A DNA stretch of 64,000 nt from a phage, in the sequence record PQ724393.1. One strand, written 5' to 3'. The notes beneath the pieces were generated by a model, which saw only the letters and a list, made by a program, of their open reading frames with translations, ran no database searches and was not told the origin of the DNA. This document shows, piece after piece, positions 1-9,075 of the stretch (positions are counted from its first letter, which is position 1; the number at the start of each line of letters is the position of its first letter). A program made the translations under genes and the position numbers.

Positions 1-22
1 GGGACCGTAAGGTCCCTTTATC
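1..22 (+). terminator. GC hairpin gggaccgtaaggtccc (GTAA loop) plus T-run; putative terminator of the upstream late transcript
   Basis: 6-bp stem, 4-nt loop, then TTTAT; identical copy at 47974-47994 after gene 35. Confidence 0.4.
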
Positions 23-24
23 AT

Positions 25-1032
25 TTATTTGGATACTAGTTCAATCCATACTGCTCGTAAGGTATCTTTTACGCACTCAACGAGCTGCTTTTTAACTTCA
101 ACAGGATTTTCGGCATCAGTTAATTCTAATTCTTCGCGGGCTGCTTCTTCCAAAATATCTTGGACTGTCAGTCCCATCACCTTTCCAAAATCCTTTTTAG
201 ATACTTCACCAATCTTACTGATAACGTTGTTAATACGGTTAACAGTCACATAATCAGTGAATTGCCACATCAAGTCCATATCGTCTTGGGATAAAACCAC
301 TGCAACTTTAATAGGCTTATCAGACTTTTTCTTCTCGCTGAATTTAGAGTTCTTACATTTAATCGCTACACGATTTCCGTTTGGAAGCCAGATAGGAACA
401 TCAGGTTTCAGTACAAAGCCTTCGGCGGTGAATACTTTACCTTCTACCTTAGGAATAAAATCTGTTGAGTTCGCAATAGTTAGGCCAGCATTATCCACTG
501 CAAAATTATAATCAGGAACAACAGAATCAAAATCATTAGGAAGTTTAATAAGGTCTTCAAAGCTACCAGTGGCCAGACATGGCGCAACCTTAAACTTATG
601 GATAATACAGAAGGCTTCCATCAATGTATCGGATAGAACAGATTCTGAGCCATCTTCCTTAGTAACTCGGATATCGAACACATAAAAGTCTTTATCACCG
701 TAATCCACATTCTTCTGGATACCCGGCCCAGCGAATTCGCCGTAAATTTGATATGACTGATAATTAATCGATTCAATTAGATGTTGAACGGATTTAATAG
801 AATCAGCATAATTCTTTAAAACAATTTCATAACCAAAGAAATCTTCAGCAGGGAGGATAGGGCCAGTGCGCTTGGCGCATGTGACTGCGTCACGTTCTAT
901 GATTAGACTAAAGTTGGTCCCATGAATCTTCTCACGTGCCACCCATTCACCACCAGTCAAACCGTTAGTACGGAGTTTTTCGATAAACTTACTGTTGTAG
1001 TGGTTTTCGAGACTGCTATATTTCTTGAACAT
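25..1032 (-). CDS. rnlB: RNA ligase 2 (T4 gp24.1 / Rnl2)
   Basis: 335 aa; KIHGTN nucleotidyltransferase lysine motif near N-terminus; length and sequence closely match T4 Rnl2 as recalled. Confidence 0.9.
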   Translation of the reverse strand: MFKKYSSLENHYNSKFIEKLRTNGLTGGEWVAREKIHGTNFSLIIERDAVTCAKRTGPILPAEDFFGYEIVLKNYADSIKSVQHLIESINYQSYQIYGEFAGPGIQKNVDYGDKDFYVFDIRVTKEDGSESVLSDTLMEAFCIIHKFKVAPCLATGSFEDLIKLPNDFDSVVPDYNFAVDNAGLTIANSTDFIPKVEGKVFTAEGFVLKPDVPIWLPNGNRVAIKCKNSKFSEKKKSDKPIKVAVVLSQDDMDLMWQFTDYVTVNRINNVISKIGEVSKKDFGKVMGLTVQDILEEAAREELELTDAENPVEVKKQLVECVKDTLRAVWIELVSK

Positions 1033-1146
1033 AAATCACCATAATAAATATAATTAAATAGAAGAGCTAGTAGTCTTCTGTCACCAAGCCAAATGGTTTA
1101 ACGGAAGGACCTAGACCCATTATATCACACCTAAATTTAAAGCATA

Positions 1147-1395
1147 TTACTTTGAACCAGAACGCGCTTTGCGCCGAACCTTGTTGTTCAATCTTTTACG
1201 ATAAACAACCTTTTCTTTCGCTTTAAATTTGGCCTTGGCTTGTTCTACATCAACCCATGCTTTGGCCATATCCTTAGCGGTCCCGCCCATTTTTTTAGCA
1301 ATTTCTATAAAATTCAACCCGGATTCGTGTAAAAAATGTACTTTAACCTTGTCCATAACAATTCTCTCGTTGAGTTGGTAAACCCATCTTAACAT
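1147..1395 (-). CDS. small basic protein with helix-turn-helix-like segment (24.3 position); true start may be ATG at 1356
   Basis: ORF between rnlB and hoc; segment SGLNFIEIAKKMGGTAKDMAKAW plus Lys/Arg-rich tail; internal Met (MDKV) preceded by a weak GAGAG RBS. Confidence 0.4.
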   Translation of the reverse strand: MLRWVYQLNERIVMDKVKVHFLHESGLNFIEIAKKMGGTAKDMAKAWVDVEQAKAKFKAKEKVVYRKRLNNKVRRKARSGSK

Positions 1396-1427
1396 AGGAT
1401 TTTTAACTTGTAAACAGGAATTTTGTA

Positions 1428-1455
1428 CTTTAATGCAAAATGGGCCTTGCGGCCC
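1428..1455 (-). terminator. intrinsic terminator after hoc
   Basis: hairpin gggccttgcggccc (GCAA loop on - strand RNA) followed on - strand by AUUUUGCAUU. Confidence 0.5.
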
Positions 1456-1459
1456 ATAA

Positions 1460-2308
1460 TTAGTAAACGTAATCGTATATAATACCAGCTTCTAAAGCGG
1501 TGCGATGAATAATTCGACCATTACGAGATTCTTGTACATCAACCTCTGGATAGTCGGTAATCATTTTTTGAAGTGTATATCGGTGTAAATAATACGGGCT
1601 ATCTGGGTTATCGGTTTTCCAGTCTTTGCCTTCAAGAGTCATTTTCTGAATTTCATCCATGACCCACCAACCGCACCGGATATAAGCTGAATTGCGTACT
1701 GGCAATGGGTGAACGTAAGGTAATTCGCCATCTGGAACAGGTGCGACTTTAGCCGTGACTGTTACATTACCGGTTTTTGTGACAGTCACCGGGTCATAAT
1801 CAGTCGCCGAAACCACAACAGAAACTTCAATAACCTGTGAACCTTCGGCGCTTGTGTCGATTGCTAGAGTATCCGTGGTGCCAACTACAGGAGAACCGTC
1901 TTTCTTCCAAGAATAGGCAAAAGTAGCGCCAGCAGGCGCGCCGACTACATCCGCTTTAAAAGAAGCTGGAGTGCCTTCAGGAACATTAATTGATTCTGGG
2001 GTTAATGTCACAGAAACACCAGACATAGTTTTATTCTGGATAGTTAAAGTTGTTTCAGCTTCAGCTGTTTCTGGTTCGCCGTCCGCTGGTGTAGTTGTTG
2101 CAACCACTTTAATAGTCTTGCTGCCTGCTGGACCAACAGCAACATAATCCATTGCAGCAGTCACAGAAGATTGAGGAACGCCATCAACGGTCCAGACAAA
2201 TGATTCAGTACCTTCAGCTGCAGCACCGGAACCGGTCGCAGTGAAATTGGTTGTTGCTCCAATAACGGCCGTAGCCGCCAAAGGAGAAATATCTACGGTA
2301 TAAGCCAT
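1460..2308 (-). CDS. hoc: Hoc, highly immunogenic outer capsid protein (two Ig-like repeats plus capsid-binding domain)
   Basis: 282 aa; C-terminal LPYVHPLP...CGWWVMDEIQKMT...YYLHRYTLQKM...EVDVQESRNG matches T4 Hoc capsid-binding domain; N-terminal Thr/Val-rich Ig-like repeats. Confidence 0.85.
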   Translation of the reverse strand: MAYTVDISPLAATAVIGATTNFTATGSGAAAEGTESFVWTVDGVPQSSVTAAMDYVAVGPAGSKTIKVVATTTPADGEPETAEAETTLTIQNKTMSGVSVTLTPESINVPEGTPASFKADVVGAPAGATFAYSWKKDGSPVVGTTDTLAIDTSAEGSQVIEVSVVVSATDYDPVTVTKTGNVTVTAKVAPVPDGELPYVHPLPVRNSAYIRCGWWVMDEIQKMTLEGKDWKTDNPDSPYYLHRYTLQKMITDYPEVDVQESRNGRIIHRTALEAGIIYDYVY

Positions 2309-2317
2309 AATAAACCC

Positions 2318-2989
2318 TTATTTTAAAGTGACAAAAGATGAGTTACGAGTTTCTCGTACTAGAACAGACCCATTACGATTGATGTAATAAATCAAGCTGA
2401 ATAGTGTTTGGTGTGCGGTAGGATGTTGGAAACTGGTTGGACGTTCTTTCCAATCCGGAGTCTCAGAAATCCATTGGTAAATCCACCAAGGAACGGTGCA
2501 ATAACCCGGGTTCTTACCGATAAGCAAAAGATTAGGACTGAAGTTTTCAGGTAAAGAGAATACAGGTTTTTCCGATTCGATAACCTTGGTTACAGCCTCT
2601 TTGAATTTCTCTTCGACAAACGGGACATCCTCTTCAATAATCTCTACCTTAGGAAGTTCGGCCACCTCAATGACTTCAACAACTGCCTCAGGAGCATCGA
2701 ACAAAAGGGTGGCTTCTTCTTTAGCTGGTTCTACACCTTCGATAAAGTCATTACCGCCGGTGAGTTCGTTATCAGCATCAATCAAATCAGAAATAGACAA
2801 ACCTTCTGTTTCTGGAAGTGGTTCGTCAGCCAAGGCTTTAAGGCCTTCAGAGATATCGATAATCAAATTATCAAACGAACGGGTTTTCTTAAGTTTTAAA
2901 CCGAACTGTTCGCCGTATTCGATTAACTTAGCTTTAGCTTCTTTTTTATCTTTGAGTGCACGAAGCTCTTCAATATATTGAGTATCCAT
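2318..2989 (-). CDS. inh: Inh-like acidic protein (inhibitor of prohead protease)
   Basis: 223 aa, strongly acidic, located between hoc and uvsW as in T4. Confidence 0.6.
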   Translation of the reverse strand: MDTQYIEELRALKDKKEAKAKLIEYGEQFGLKLKKTRSFDNLIIDISEGLKALADEPLPETEGLSISDLIDADNELTGGNDFIEGVEPAKEEATLLFDAPEAVVEVIEVAELPKVEIIEEDVPFVEEKFKEAVTKVIESEKPVFSLPENFSPNLLLIGKNPGYCTVPWWIYQWISETPDWKERPTSFQHPTAHQTLFSLIYYINRNGSVLVRETRNSSFVTLK

Positions 2990-3008
2990 AATTAGTCTCT
3001 TGTTGGTG

Positions 3009-3016
3009 TATAAATA
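3009..3016 (+). promoter_or_regulatory. T4-type late promoter TATAAATA for uvsW
   Basis: exact TATAAATA 29 nt upstream of the uvsW ATG. Confidence 0.6.
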
Positions 3017-3022
3017 TAACTA

Positions 3023-3030
3023 TATTTATA
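3023..3030 (-). promoter_or_regulatory. T4-type late promoter (TATAAATA on - strand) for inh-hoc
   Basis: reverse complement is TATAAATA, 34 nt upstream of the inh start; divergent from the uvsW late promoter. Confidence 0.55.
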
Positions 3031-3044
3031 ACTGAGAATTACTT

Positions 3045-4541
3045 ATGCAAATTCAAGTACATTTTGATAATTTTAGTCATGTCCGTATCGAGTGTGATGA
3101 ATCCACATTCTACGAACTTAGAGACTATTTTAGCTTTGAAGCTGATGGATATAAATTCAACCCTAAATTTCGTTATGGGCAATGGGATGGACGTATTCGT
3201 CTTCTAGATTATAACCGTAAACTGCCTTATGGACTTGTCCCTCAAATTAAAAAGTTCGCCGAACAATTTGAATACTCTCTGTGGATTGACCCACGTATTC
3301 TTGAACAGGAAGATATTTCTCGTGAAGATTTTGACTCATGGGTATCTTCTCAAGAAATTTATTCAGGGTCTACCAAGATTGAGCCTCATTGGTATCAGAA
3401 TGAAGCCGTATACAACGGCCTGACAAAACGTCGTGCAATTCTGAATTTACCTACATCCGCAGGTAAATCATTGATTCAGGCGCTCCTGAGTCGATATTAC
3501 GTTGAGAACTATGAAGGTAAAATTCTTATATTAGTTCCTACTACTGCACTCGTCGACCAGATGATTAATGACTTCATCGATTATCGATTGTTCCCTAAAG
3601 CCGCAATGCTTGGTATTCGTTCAGGTACTGCTCGTGATTCTGATGCAATGATTTATGTTTCAACTTATCAAACTGCTATCAAGCAACCTAAAGAATGGTT
3701 TGCTCAGTTTGGTATGTTTATGAATGACGAATGCCATTTGGCTACAGGTAAATCTATTTCTACTATCATCGAAGGCCTAACCAACTGTATGTTTAAATTC
3801 GGTTTGTCTGGTTCTTTAAAAGATGGTAAAGCTAATTTAATGCAATATATGGGTTTGTTTGGTGATGTGTTTAAGCCAGTATCCACTTCACAGTTAATGG
3901 AAGAAGGACAGGTTACTGACCTTAAAATCAACAGTATTTTCCTTCGTTATCCGGATGAATTCACTGTTAAGATGAAAGGTAAAGATTACCAATCAGAAAT
4001 CAAGGTCATTACTAAAGCTACTCGTCGTAATAAATGGGTTGCTAATTTAGCTGTTAAACTCGCTAAGAAAGAAGAGAACGTATTCCTGATGTTTAAAAAC
4101 ATCGAACACGGTAAAACTCTTTTTGAAATGGTTAAAGAGCAACATAAAGAAGTTTATTACGTATCAGGTGAAGTTAATACCGAAACGCGTAATGCTCTGA
4201 AAGTAATGGCGGAAAATGGTAAGGGTATTATTGTTGTGGCAAGTTATGGTGTGTTCTCTACTGGTATTTCTGTTAAGAACCTTCACCACGTTGTATTTGC
4301 TCATCCAGTAAAATCTAAAATCATTGTACTCCAGACAATTGGTCGTGTGCTCCGTAAACATGCCTCTAAATCAACAGCACAGGTGTGGGATATCATCGAC
4401 GACATGGGTGTTAAGCCTAAATCAGCTACGGCTAAAAAGAAATATGTTCATTTGAACTACGCCCTCAAACACGCTTTAGAACGTATTCAACGTTATGCTG
4501 ATGAGAAATTTAATTACGTAATGAAACAGGTGGATTTATGA
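3045..4541 (+). CDS. uvsW: UvsW DNA/RNA helicase (SF2)
   Basis: 498 aa; Walker A NLPTSAGKS, DECH box (MNDECHLATG); N-terminus matches T4 UvsW as recalled. Confidence 0.9.
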   Translation: MQIQVHFDNFSHVRIECDESTFYELRDYFSFEADGYKFNPKFRYGQWDGRIRLLDYNRKLPYGLVPQIKKFAEQFEYSLWIDPRILEQEDISREDFDSWVSSQEIYSGSTKIEPHWYQNEAVYNGLTKRRAILNLPTSAGKSLIQALLSRYYVENYEGKILILVPTTALVDQMINDFIDYRLFPKAAMLGIRSGTARDSDAMIYVSTYQTAIKQPKEWFAQFGMFMNDECHLATGKSISTIIEGLTNCMFKFGLSGSLKDGKANLMQYMGLFGDVFKPVSTSQLMEEGQVTDLKINSIFLRYPDEFTVKMKGKDYQSEIKVITKATRRNKWVANLAVKLAKKEENVFLMFKNIEHGKTLFEMVKEQHKEVYYVSGEVNTETRNALKVMAENGKGIIVVASYGVFSTGISVKNLHHVVFAHPVKSKIIVLQTIGRVLRKHASKSTAQVWDIIDDMGVKPKSATAKKKYVHLNYALKHALERIQRYADEKFNYVMKQVDL

Positions 4542-4765
4542 AAACCTTTAAAGAAGTTATTCAAGAAGCATCTATTGAAAGCTTCATGGCTAAAATTGGT
4601 TCTTGTCAGACTATGGACGGTCTGAAGGAATTGGAAAAGTATTACAAAACTCGTAGTAAGGAAGCCGAACTTCGTGATTCGGATGATATTAGCGTGCGTG
4701 ATGCATTGGCTGGTAAGAGAGCTGAATTGGAGTCGATGGACGACGAGGAAGAGGAAGATTTCTAA
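4538..4765 (+). CDS. uvsW.1: UvsW.1-like small acidic protein
   Basis: 75 aa ORF whose start overlaps the uvsW stop; acidic C-terminus. Confidence 0.6.
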   Translation: MKTFKEVIQEASIESFMAKIGSCQTMDGLKELEKYYKTRSKEAELRDSDDISVRDALAGKRAELESMDDEEEEDF

Positions 4766-4795
4766 ACAAAAAAGGCCCAACCTTTCGGAAGGGCC
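4764..4795 (-). terminator. hairpin plus U-run terminator for the uvsY operon
   Basis: ggccc...gggcc stem; on - strand followed by TTTTTTGTTT. Confidence 0.45.
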
Positions 4796-4824
4796 AATAA
4801 CCATAAATGGCTATACACACTAGA

Positions 4825-4992
4825 CTAAAGTAGTAATTGGGTTTCGTTCAGCTGTTCTTCAGTGTTTTCCGTAACAGGCAGGCTTTGAACGTAATTATAA
4901 CATGAGCCCGGATGAACCGGACCTTTTTCTGTTTCAACAACCAATGCAGCATCGATTGGAGTTTTACAGACAACGCAAATCTTATCTGACAT
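4825..4992 (-). CDS. 55-aa Cys-containing protein (uvsY.-2 position)
   Basis: ATG at 4992 with AAGGAG RBS; MSDKICVVCKTPIDA...; below the 60-aa cutoff of the ORF table. Confidence 0.4.
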   Translation of the reverse strand: MSDKICVVCKTPIDAALVVETEKGPVHPGSCYNYVQSLPVTENTEEQLNETQLLL

Positions 4993-5020
4993 GATTGTCT
5001 CCTTAGTTTAACTTACATAT

Positions 5021-5119
5021 CTATTTATTACTTGATAAAGCAGTATTAATGAATTCTTGAAGAAGTTTCATTTTATCGGCATCTACTTTAATGGGTTTGG
5101 TATTTTTAGTACGTCTCAT
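5021..5119 (-). CDS. 32-aa basic peptide (uvsY.-1 position)
   Basis: ATG immediately follows the uvsY stop (TAAATG); MRRTKNTKPIKVDADKMKLLQEFINTALSSNK. Confidence 0.3.
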   Translation of the reverse strand: MRRTKNTKPIKVDADKMKLLQEFINTALSSNK

Positions 5120-5554
5120 TTATTTACCTGCCTCAAATTGTCTCATCTCATGCATGGTCTTAAGGTTAAAACCCCGCGCCTTAATAGCATCAAGTGCTGA
5201 ACTACAAAAGTCCTGTAACAAAGCCCAATACTGGATTGATGTGTCGATTTTAATTACACTAGAATCCGCAGCCATAACGGTCTTTAATTCAGACTTCTCA
5301 TATTGGTCCATACAAACCTCATCACCAGGCTCTCCACGTCCCGTGTAGAAATCTAATCGCTTCTTAAGTGAGGTCTTTTTCTGGATTTCTAATCTCAATA
5401 TTTCTTTCTTACAATTCGTATACAGCCTTAGCCATTTGCTGTGCAGCAAAACGTTGTTCTGTACTTCATATTGTAAACGAGTTCCATCAATCTTTAAATC
5501 CTCGTCTAATGCGTCCTGAAATGATTCTAATTTATATTCAATCTCTTTACTCAT
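5120..5554 (-). CDS. uvsY: UvsY recombination mediator
   Basis: start moved to internal Met (MSKEIEYKLESF) with AGGAAA RBS; KLQYE..NNV.L.SKWL...LDFCS.ALDAIK.RGF matches T4 UvsY. Confidence 0.85.
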   Translation of the reverse strand: MSKEIEYKLESFQDALDEDLKIDGTRLQYEVQNNVLLHSKWLRLYTNCKKEILRLEIQKKTSLKKRLDFYTGRGEPGDEVCMDQYEKSELKTVMAADSSVIKIDTSIQYWALLQDFCSSALDAIKARGFNLKTMHEMRQFEAGK

Positions 5555-5585
5555 CGCATGTTTCCTGTGTAATAACCATAGGACC

Positions 5586-5612
5586 ATTATACACTATTCA
5601 TTTGAACAGCAA
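5586..5612 (-). promoter_or_regulatory. possible middle/early promoter upstream of uvsY
   Basis: - strand reads TTGCTGTTCA...N...TATAAT (MotA-box-like TGCT plus -10). Confidence 0.25.
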
Positions 5613-6002
5613 TTAACCACTCTGTGAGAGCTGGATTCTAATTTGCTCTAATGTATCTGGGTCATCAACTATACTAAACTGAACCGTCACTATAATCGAG
5701 TTATCATCGTACACAGGTGTCACACCTACAGCCAGGGTAGAAATTCTGGGTTCGAAGTTCCGCACAGCGGAAACTATATTACGCTTAATGGTATCCGTGA
5801 TTAGTGGAGTAATATTCTCAAACAATTGGTTACTGATGTCACAACCAAATTCAGGCATAAAAGGGCGTGAACCTTTGCGAGTAGTAATAATGCCTAACAA
5901 ACTATTTTTTACTGCACGAGCACCTGTAGCTTTAGCGACGTCTCTATTCCAAGACGTCCTCATTTCAGGGTCTAAATCTGAATACATTTTATTGATATTC
6001 AT
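5613..6002 (-). CDS. 25: baseplate wedge protein gp25
   Basis: 129 aa; NINK.YSD.DPEM...LLGIITTRKGSRPF.PEFGCD matches T4 gp25; TAATG coupling with gene 26. Confidence 0.9.
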   Translation of the reverse strand: MNINKMYSDLDPEMRTSWNRDVAKATGARAVKNSLLGIITTRKGSRPFMPEFGCDISNQLFENITPLITDTIKRNIVSAVRNFEPRISTLAVGVTPVYDDNSIIVTVQFSIVDDPDTLEQIRIQLSQSG

Positions 6003-6625
6003 TACATCACCTTAAAGAACTCTTTAAGTCCCTCAATAACGTGGACGGTATGTTCACCACATTCACAAGAAATAGGTATAGCCAAAATAGGCTTAGGGGC
6101 GACTAGTGCATCATAAACTTCTTTTATGTCTTTTTCTGTTATCGCAGAATAAAGGTCATCAAGTTCCGCATCACTTAAATCGGAAAGAAAAAGCTTTTCG
6201 CCTGCAGAAGTTAAAATATAATCGATACACCCTGCGACCATCATAGCTCTATTTTTATCTTCAAAGAGTTTAGGATATCTGAAAACAATTTTAAAGTTGC
6301 CAAAGTCTTTAATAACATCCGGCTCTTTACCTAATGTTGCGCGAGTTAGTGTCATAGGAACAACCTGTGAGCGACCACAACTACAAACCCACTCACGTTC
6401 TATATTCACTTCAGCTAATGAATGGGCCCACAGGTTTATCACCAGGAGCTCAGATTCCTGCTTGTTTAAATCACGAGCATCTGTGCAATTCGAAATGAGT
6501 TCATTGATAAAGGACTCTATTCTGCCTTCTAATTTAGCTTGGAGCAAGTCCTTATACTCTCTGAGGGTAAATGCTCTGCATTTTATGGTTTTGTTTTTAA
6601 TTTTTACGTCAAAAGTATAATTCAT
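6002..6625 (-). CDS. 26: baseplate hub protein gp26
   Basis: 207 aa (T4 gp26 about 208); position between 25 and 51; AAGGAG RBS. Confidence 0.75.
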   Translation of the reverse strand: MNYTFDVKIKNKTIKCRAFTLREYKDLLQAKLEGRIESFINELISNCTDARDLNKQESELLVINLWAHSLAEVNIEREWVCSCGRSQVVPMTLTRATLGKEPDVIKDFGNFKIVFRYPKLFEDKNRAMMVAGCIDYILTSAGEKLFLSDLSDAELDDLYSAITEKDIKEVYDALVAPKPILAIPISCECGEHTVHVIEGLKEFFKVM

Positions 6626-6643
6626 TGTCTTCTCCTTTAAGCT

Positions 6644-6651
6644 TATTTATA
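6644..6651 (-). promoter_or_regulatory. late promoter (TATAAATA on - strand) for genes 26-25
   Basis: overlaps the divergent + strand late box by 4 nt. Confidence 0.5.
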
Positions 6652-6655
6652 AATA
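6648..6655 (+). promoter_or_regulatory. late promoter TATAAATA for gene 51
   Basis: exact TATAAATA 20 nt upstream of ATG 6676. Confidence 0.55.
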
Positions 6656-6675
6656 CATCAATAAGAGGACACCCT

Positions 6676-7428
6676 ATGGCTAATATAGTACGTTGTGAAA
6701 TGCCTGATGGAGTCCACCGATTTAAACCTTTTACAGTAGCTGATTATCGTGATTTTATTTTGATTCGAAATGACATGAATAATAAATCGCCTGAAGAGCA
6801 AAAACAAATTTTAGATGAGTTACTGGAAGAATACTTCGGTGAATATCCTATGTCATGGCGCCCGTATATGTTCATTGAACTTTACACGTCATCACTCGGC
6901 AAGACCAAAATTCCTATCCGATACACTTGTAGTAAGTGTGAAAAGGATAGACAAGTCTTATTCAATTTGAAGCAAGCCAAGTTAGATAACCCTACAATTG
7001 AAGTGGCTGGCCTGAAACTGACATTCAAATTTCCGGAAATAGAATATCACGACAAATCTGAATTGATTTTGAACACCCTCCAAACCGTAGAAGATGAAAA
7101 TGGGACATATAATTGGACTGACCTTTCTGAAGAAGACCAATTAGCCGTAATAGATGCTATAGACTTGTCCACTTTAGAGGATATAGTCAAACAAACAAGC
7201 CCTATTCATTTCGAACTCAAATATGGATGCTGTAATCGTAGAACAATTACGTATACCGATATTTTAGAGGTGTTTAAGCTTATAGTCAATCCGGATGAGA
7301 TATTTTTATTTTACCAAATAAACCATTTATTGGTAAAGAACAATTATTCATTAGAAAGCATTATGCAGATGATTCCAATCGAACGCGGCATTGCTTTGTC
7401 TTTGGTTGAAAAGGACCTTAAGAAATGA
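6676..7428 (+). CDS. 51: baseplate hub assembly protein gp51
   Basis: start moved to ATG 6676 (AAGAGGA RBS); 250 aa versus T4 gp51 about 249; position. Confidence 0.75.
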   Translation: MANIVRCEMPDGVHRFKPFTVADYRDFILIRNDMNNKSPEEQKQILDELLEEYFGEYPMSWRPYMFIELYTSSLGKTKIPIRYTCSKCEKDRQVLFNLKQAKLDNPTIEVAGLKLTFKFPEIEYHDKSELILNTLQTVEDENGTYNWTDLSEEDQLAVIDAIDLSTLEDIVKQTSPIHFELKYGCCNRRTITYTDILEVFKLIVNPDEIFLFYQINHLLVKNNYSLESIMQMIPIERGIALSLVEKDLKK

Positions 7429-8594
7429 GTTCAAAAACTATGCAGCGTGAAGGCTTTCCTAATATTAGTATACGCCTTTACGAAGATTATGACGCCTGGT
7501 TAGAGCATCGTTTTGTTGAACTAGGCGCGACATTTACTACTCTAACAATGCGAGACGGGCTTTACGGTAGTAATGAAGGATTGCTCCAGTTTTATGATGC
7601 AAAAAACCTTCATACTAAAATGGATGGTGAGCAGATTATCCAAGTTTCTGTTAAGAATGCCAACTCGGAACGTACCCAATCAAGAATTTACGGAAGTAAA
7701 CACTTTGCAGTAGGGGTGGATTCTAAGGGCGACAATATCATAACAATACAACTCGCCCCTATCCACTTTTTAGAAAATCTTAAATTCGGACGTATGTTCT
7801 TCCCTAGTGTTCAAGAAACATTAACTGAAATGATTGGTGTTATTTATCAAGACCGTCCACTTCTTGCACCTCCATTGAACGGGATAAACGTTTACGTTCC
7901 TAATGTTCCTTGGTGTGATTCAATGGACAGATATATGGAATTTGTACGAGAAGTTGGTATGGCTGTTGAATCTGATAAATTTGTATTTGTCTGGGAAGAT
8001 ATAGATGGTATTTCTATTATGGACTACGAATTTATGGTTAATCAAGAGCCAATTAATTTTGTGGTGGGTGAGCCGCGTTTAATAGGCCAATACGTTCAAG
8101 ATATGGATACTCCTATCGCATTTGATTTTGAATGGTTAACTAAAGCCAACCAGCATTCCAGAAAGCCATATGAAAACGCTACTATATACGCCCACTCTTT
8201 CTTAGACAAAAACGCCACACGAATTACTTTTGGCGATGGGCAAAACAGTATATTGGTTTCTCGCTCTGGTGGATATTCTGATTATACCTACCGAAACGGA
8301 TTTGAAGAAGCCGATAGATTAGTTACTATGGCCCAATACGACGGCTACGCGCATTGTAAGGTATACGGTAACTTTGAACTAACTCCAGGCGATAAGATTA
8401 ATTTCTATGACCCTAAAAACCAATTCCAATACGATTTTTATGTAGACGAAGTTATTCATGAAGTGAGTAACAATACATCAATTACAAACCTTTATATGTT
8501 TACTAATGGTAAGCCTATTAAGATTGAAGAACCACCGAAGGTTAAAAATGAACTTAAAACTGATACTCCCGATCAAGAAAATAACGCTGGGTGA
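7425..8594 (+). CDS. 27: baseplate hub protein gp27
   Basis: 389 aa (T4 391); position; overlaps gene 51 stop. Confidence 0.85.
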   Translation: MSSKTMQREGFPNISIRLYEDYDAWLEHRFVELGATFTTLTMRDGLYGSNEGLLQFYDAKNLHTKMDGEQIIQVSVKNANSERTQSRIYGSKHFAVGVDSKGDNIITIQLAPIHFLENLKFGRMFFPSVQETLTEMIGVIYQDRPLLAPPLNGINVYVPNVPWCDSMDRYMEFVREVGMAVESDKFVFVWEDIDGISIMDYEFMVNQEPINFVVGEPRLIGQYVQDMDTPIAFDFEWLTKANQHSRKPYENATIYAHSFLDKNATRITFGDGQNSILVSRSGGYSDYTYRNGFEEADRLVTMAQYDGYAHCKVYGNFELTPGDKINFYDPKNQFQYDFYVDEVIHEVSNNTSITNLYMFTNGKPIKIEEPPKVKNELKTDTPDQENNAG

Positions 8595-9075
8595 CAAAGA
8601 GATTTCCATTCCTAAATTGGGTCTTAAACACCAGAAATTGGTTAAAGATGAAAAGGACCCTTACAAGGCTCTTCACATATTAATGAATTCCATTTATAAA
8701 GATTTATCCGCGGCAGAGACTGATTTTGCCGCTCTTCACCTTTTAGAATTCAATGGAAGATTAAAAAGTAAAGTAACCAAAGACGGGTTTACTTATAACT
8801 TAAATGACCTTTATATCTGCCAACGACTTGAATTCCAATTCCAAGGTAAAACATTTAAATTTAAATCACATGAACCATTTCAAACATTTGGACCTGTTGA
8901 TAGTGTATTACAGTCCCTTTACCTTGGTGATGATGTACCAGATTTTCTGGATATGCCTGCCTTTGTTGCTACATGGGCCGACGATATAACTTCTACTATA
9001 GCTATCCCTGGTCCTAATGGTCCTATCAAAGGATTGCTTAAAATCATGGATATCTTAAATGAAGAACGAATCTAA
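8548..9075 (+). CDS. 28: baseplate hub distal subunit gp28
   Basis: start moved to internal ATG ([11 protein letters not shown]); about 175 aa versus T4 177. Confidence 0.7.
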   Translation: MNLKLILPIKKITLGDKEISIPKLGLKHQKLVKDEKDPYKALHILMNSIYKDLSAAETDFAALHLLEFNGRLKSKVTKDGFTYNLNDLYICQRLEFQFQGKTFKFKSHEPFQTFGPVDSVLQSLYLGDDVPDFLDMPAFVATWADDITSTIAIPGPNGPIKGLLKIMDILNEERI

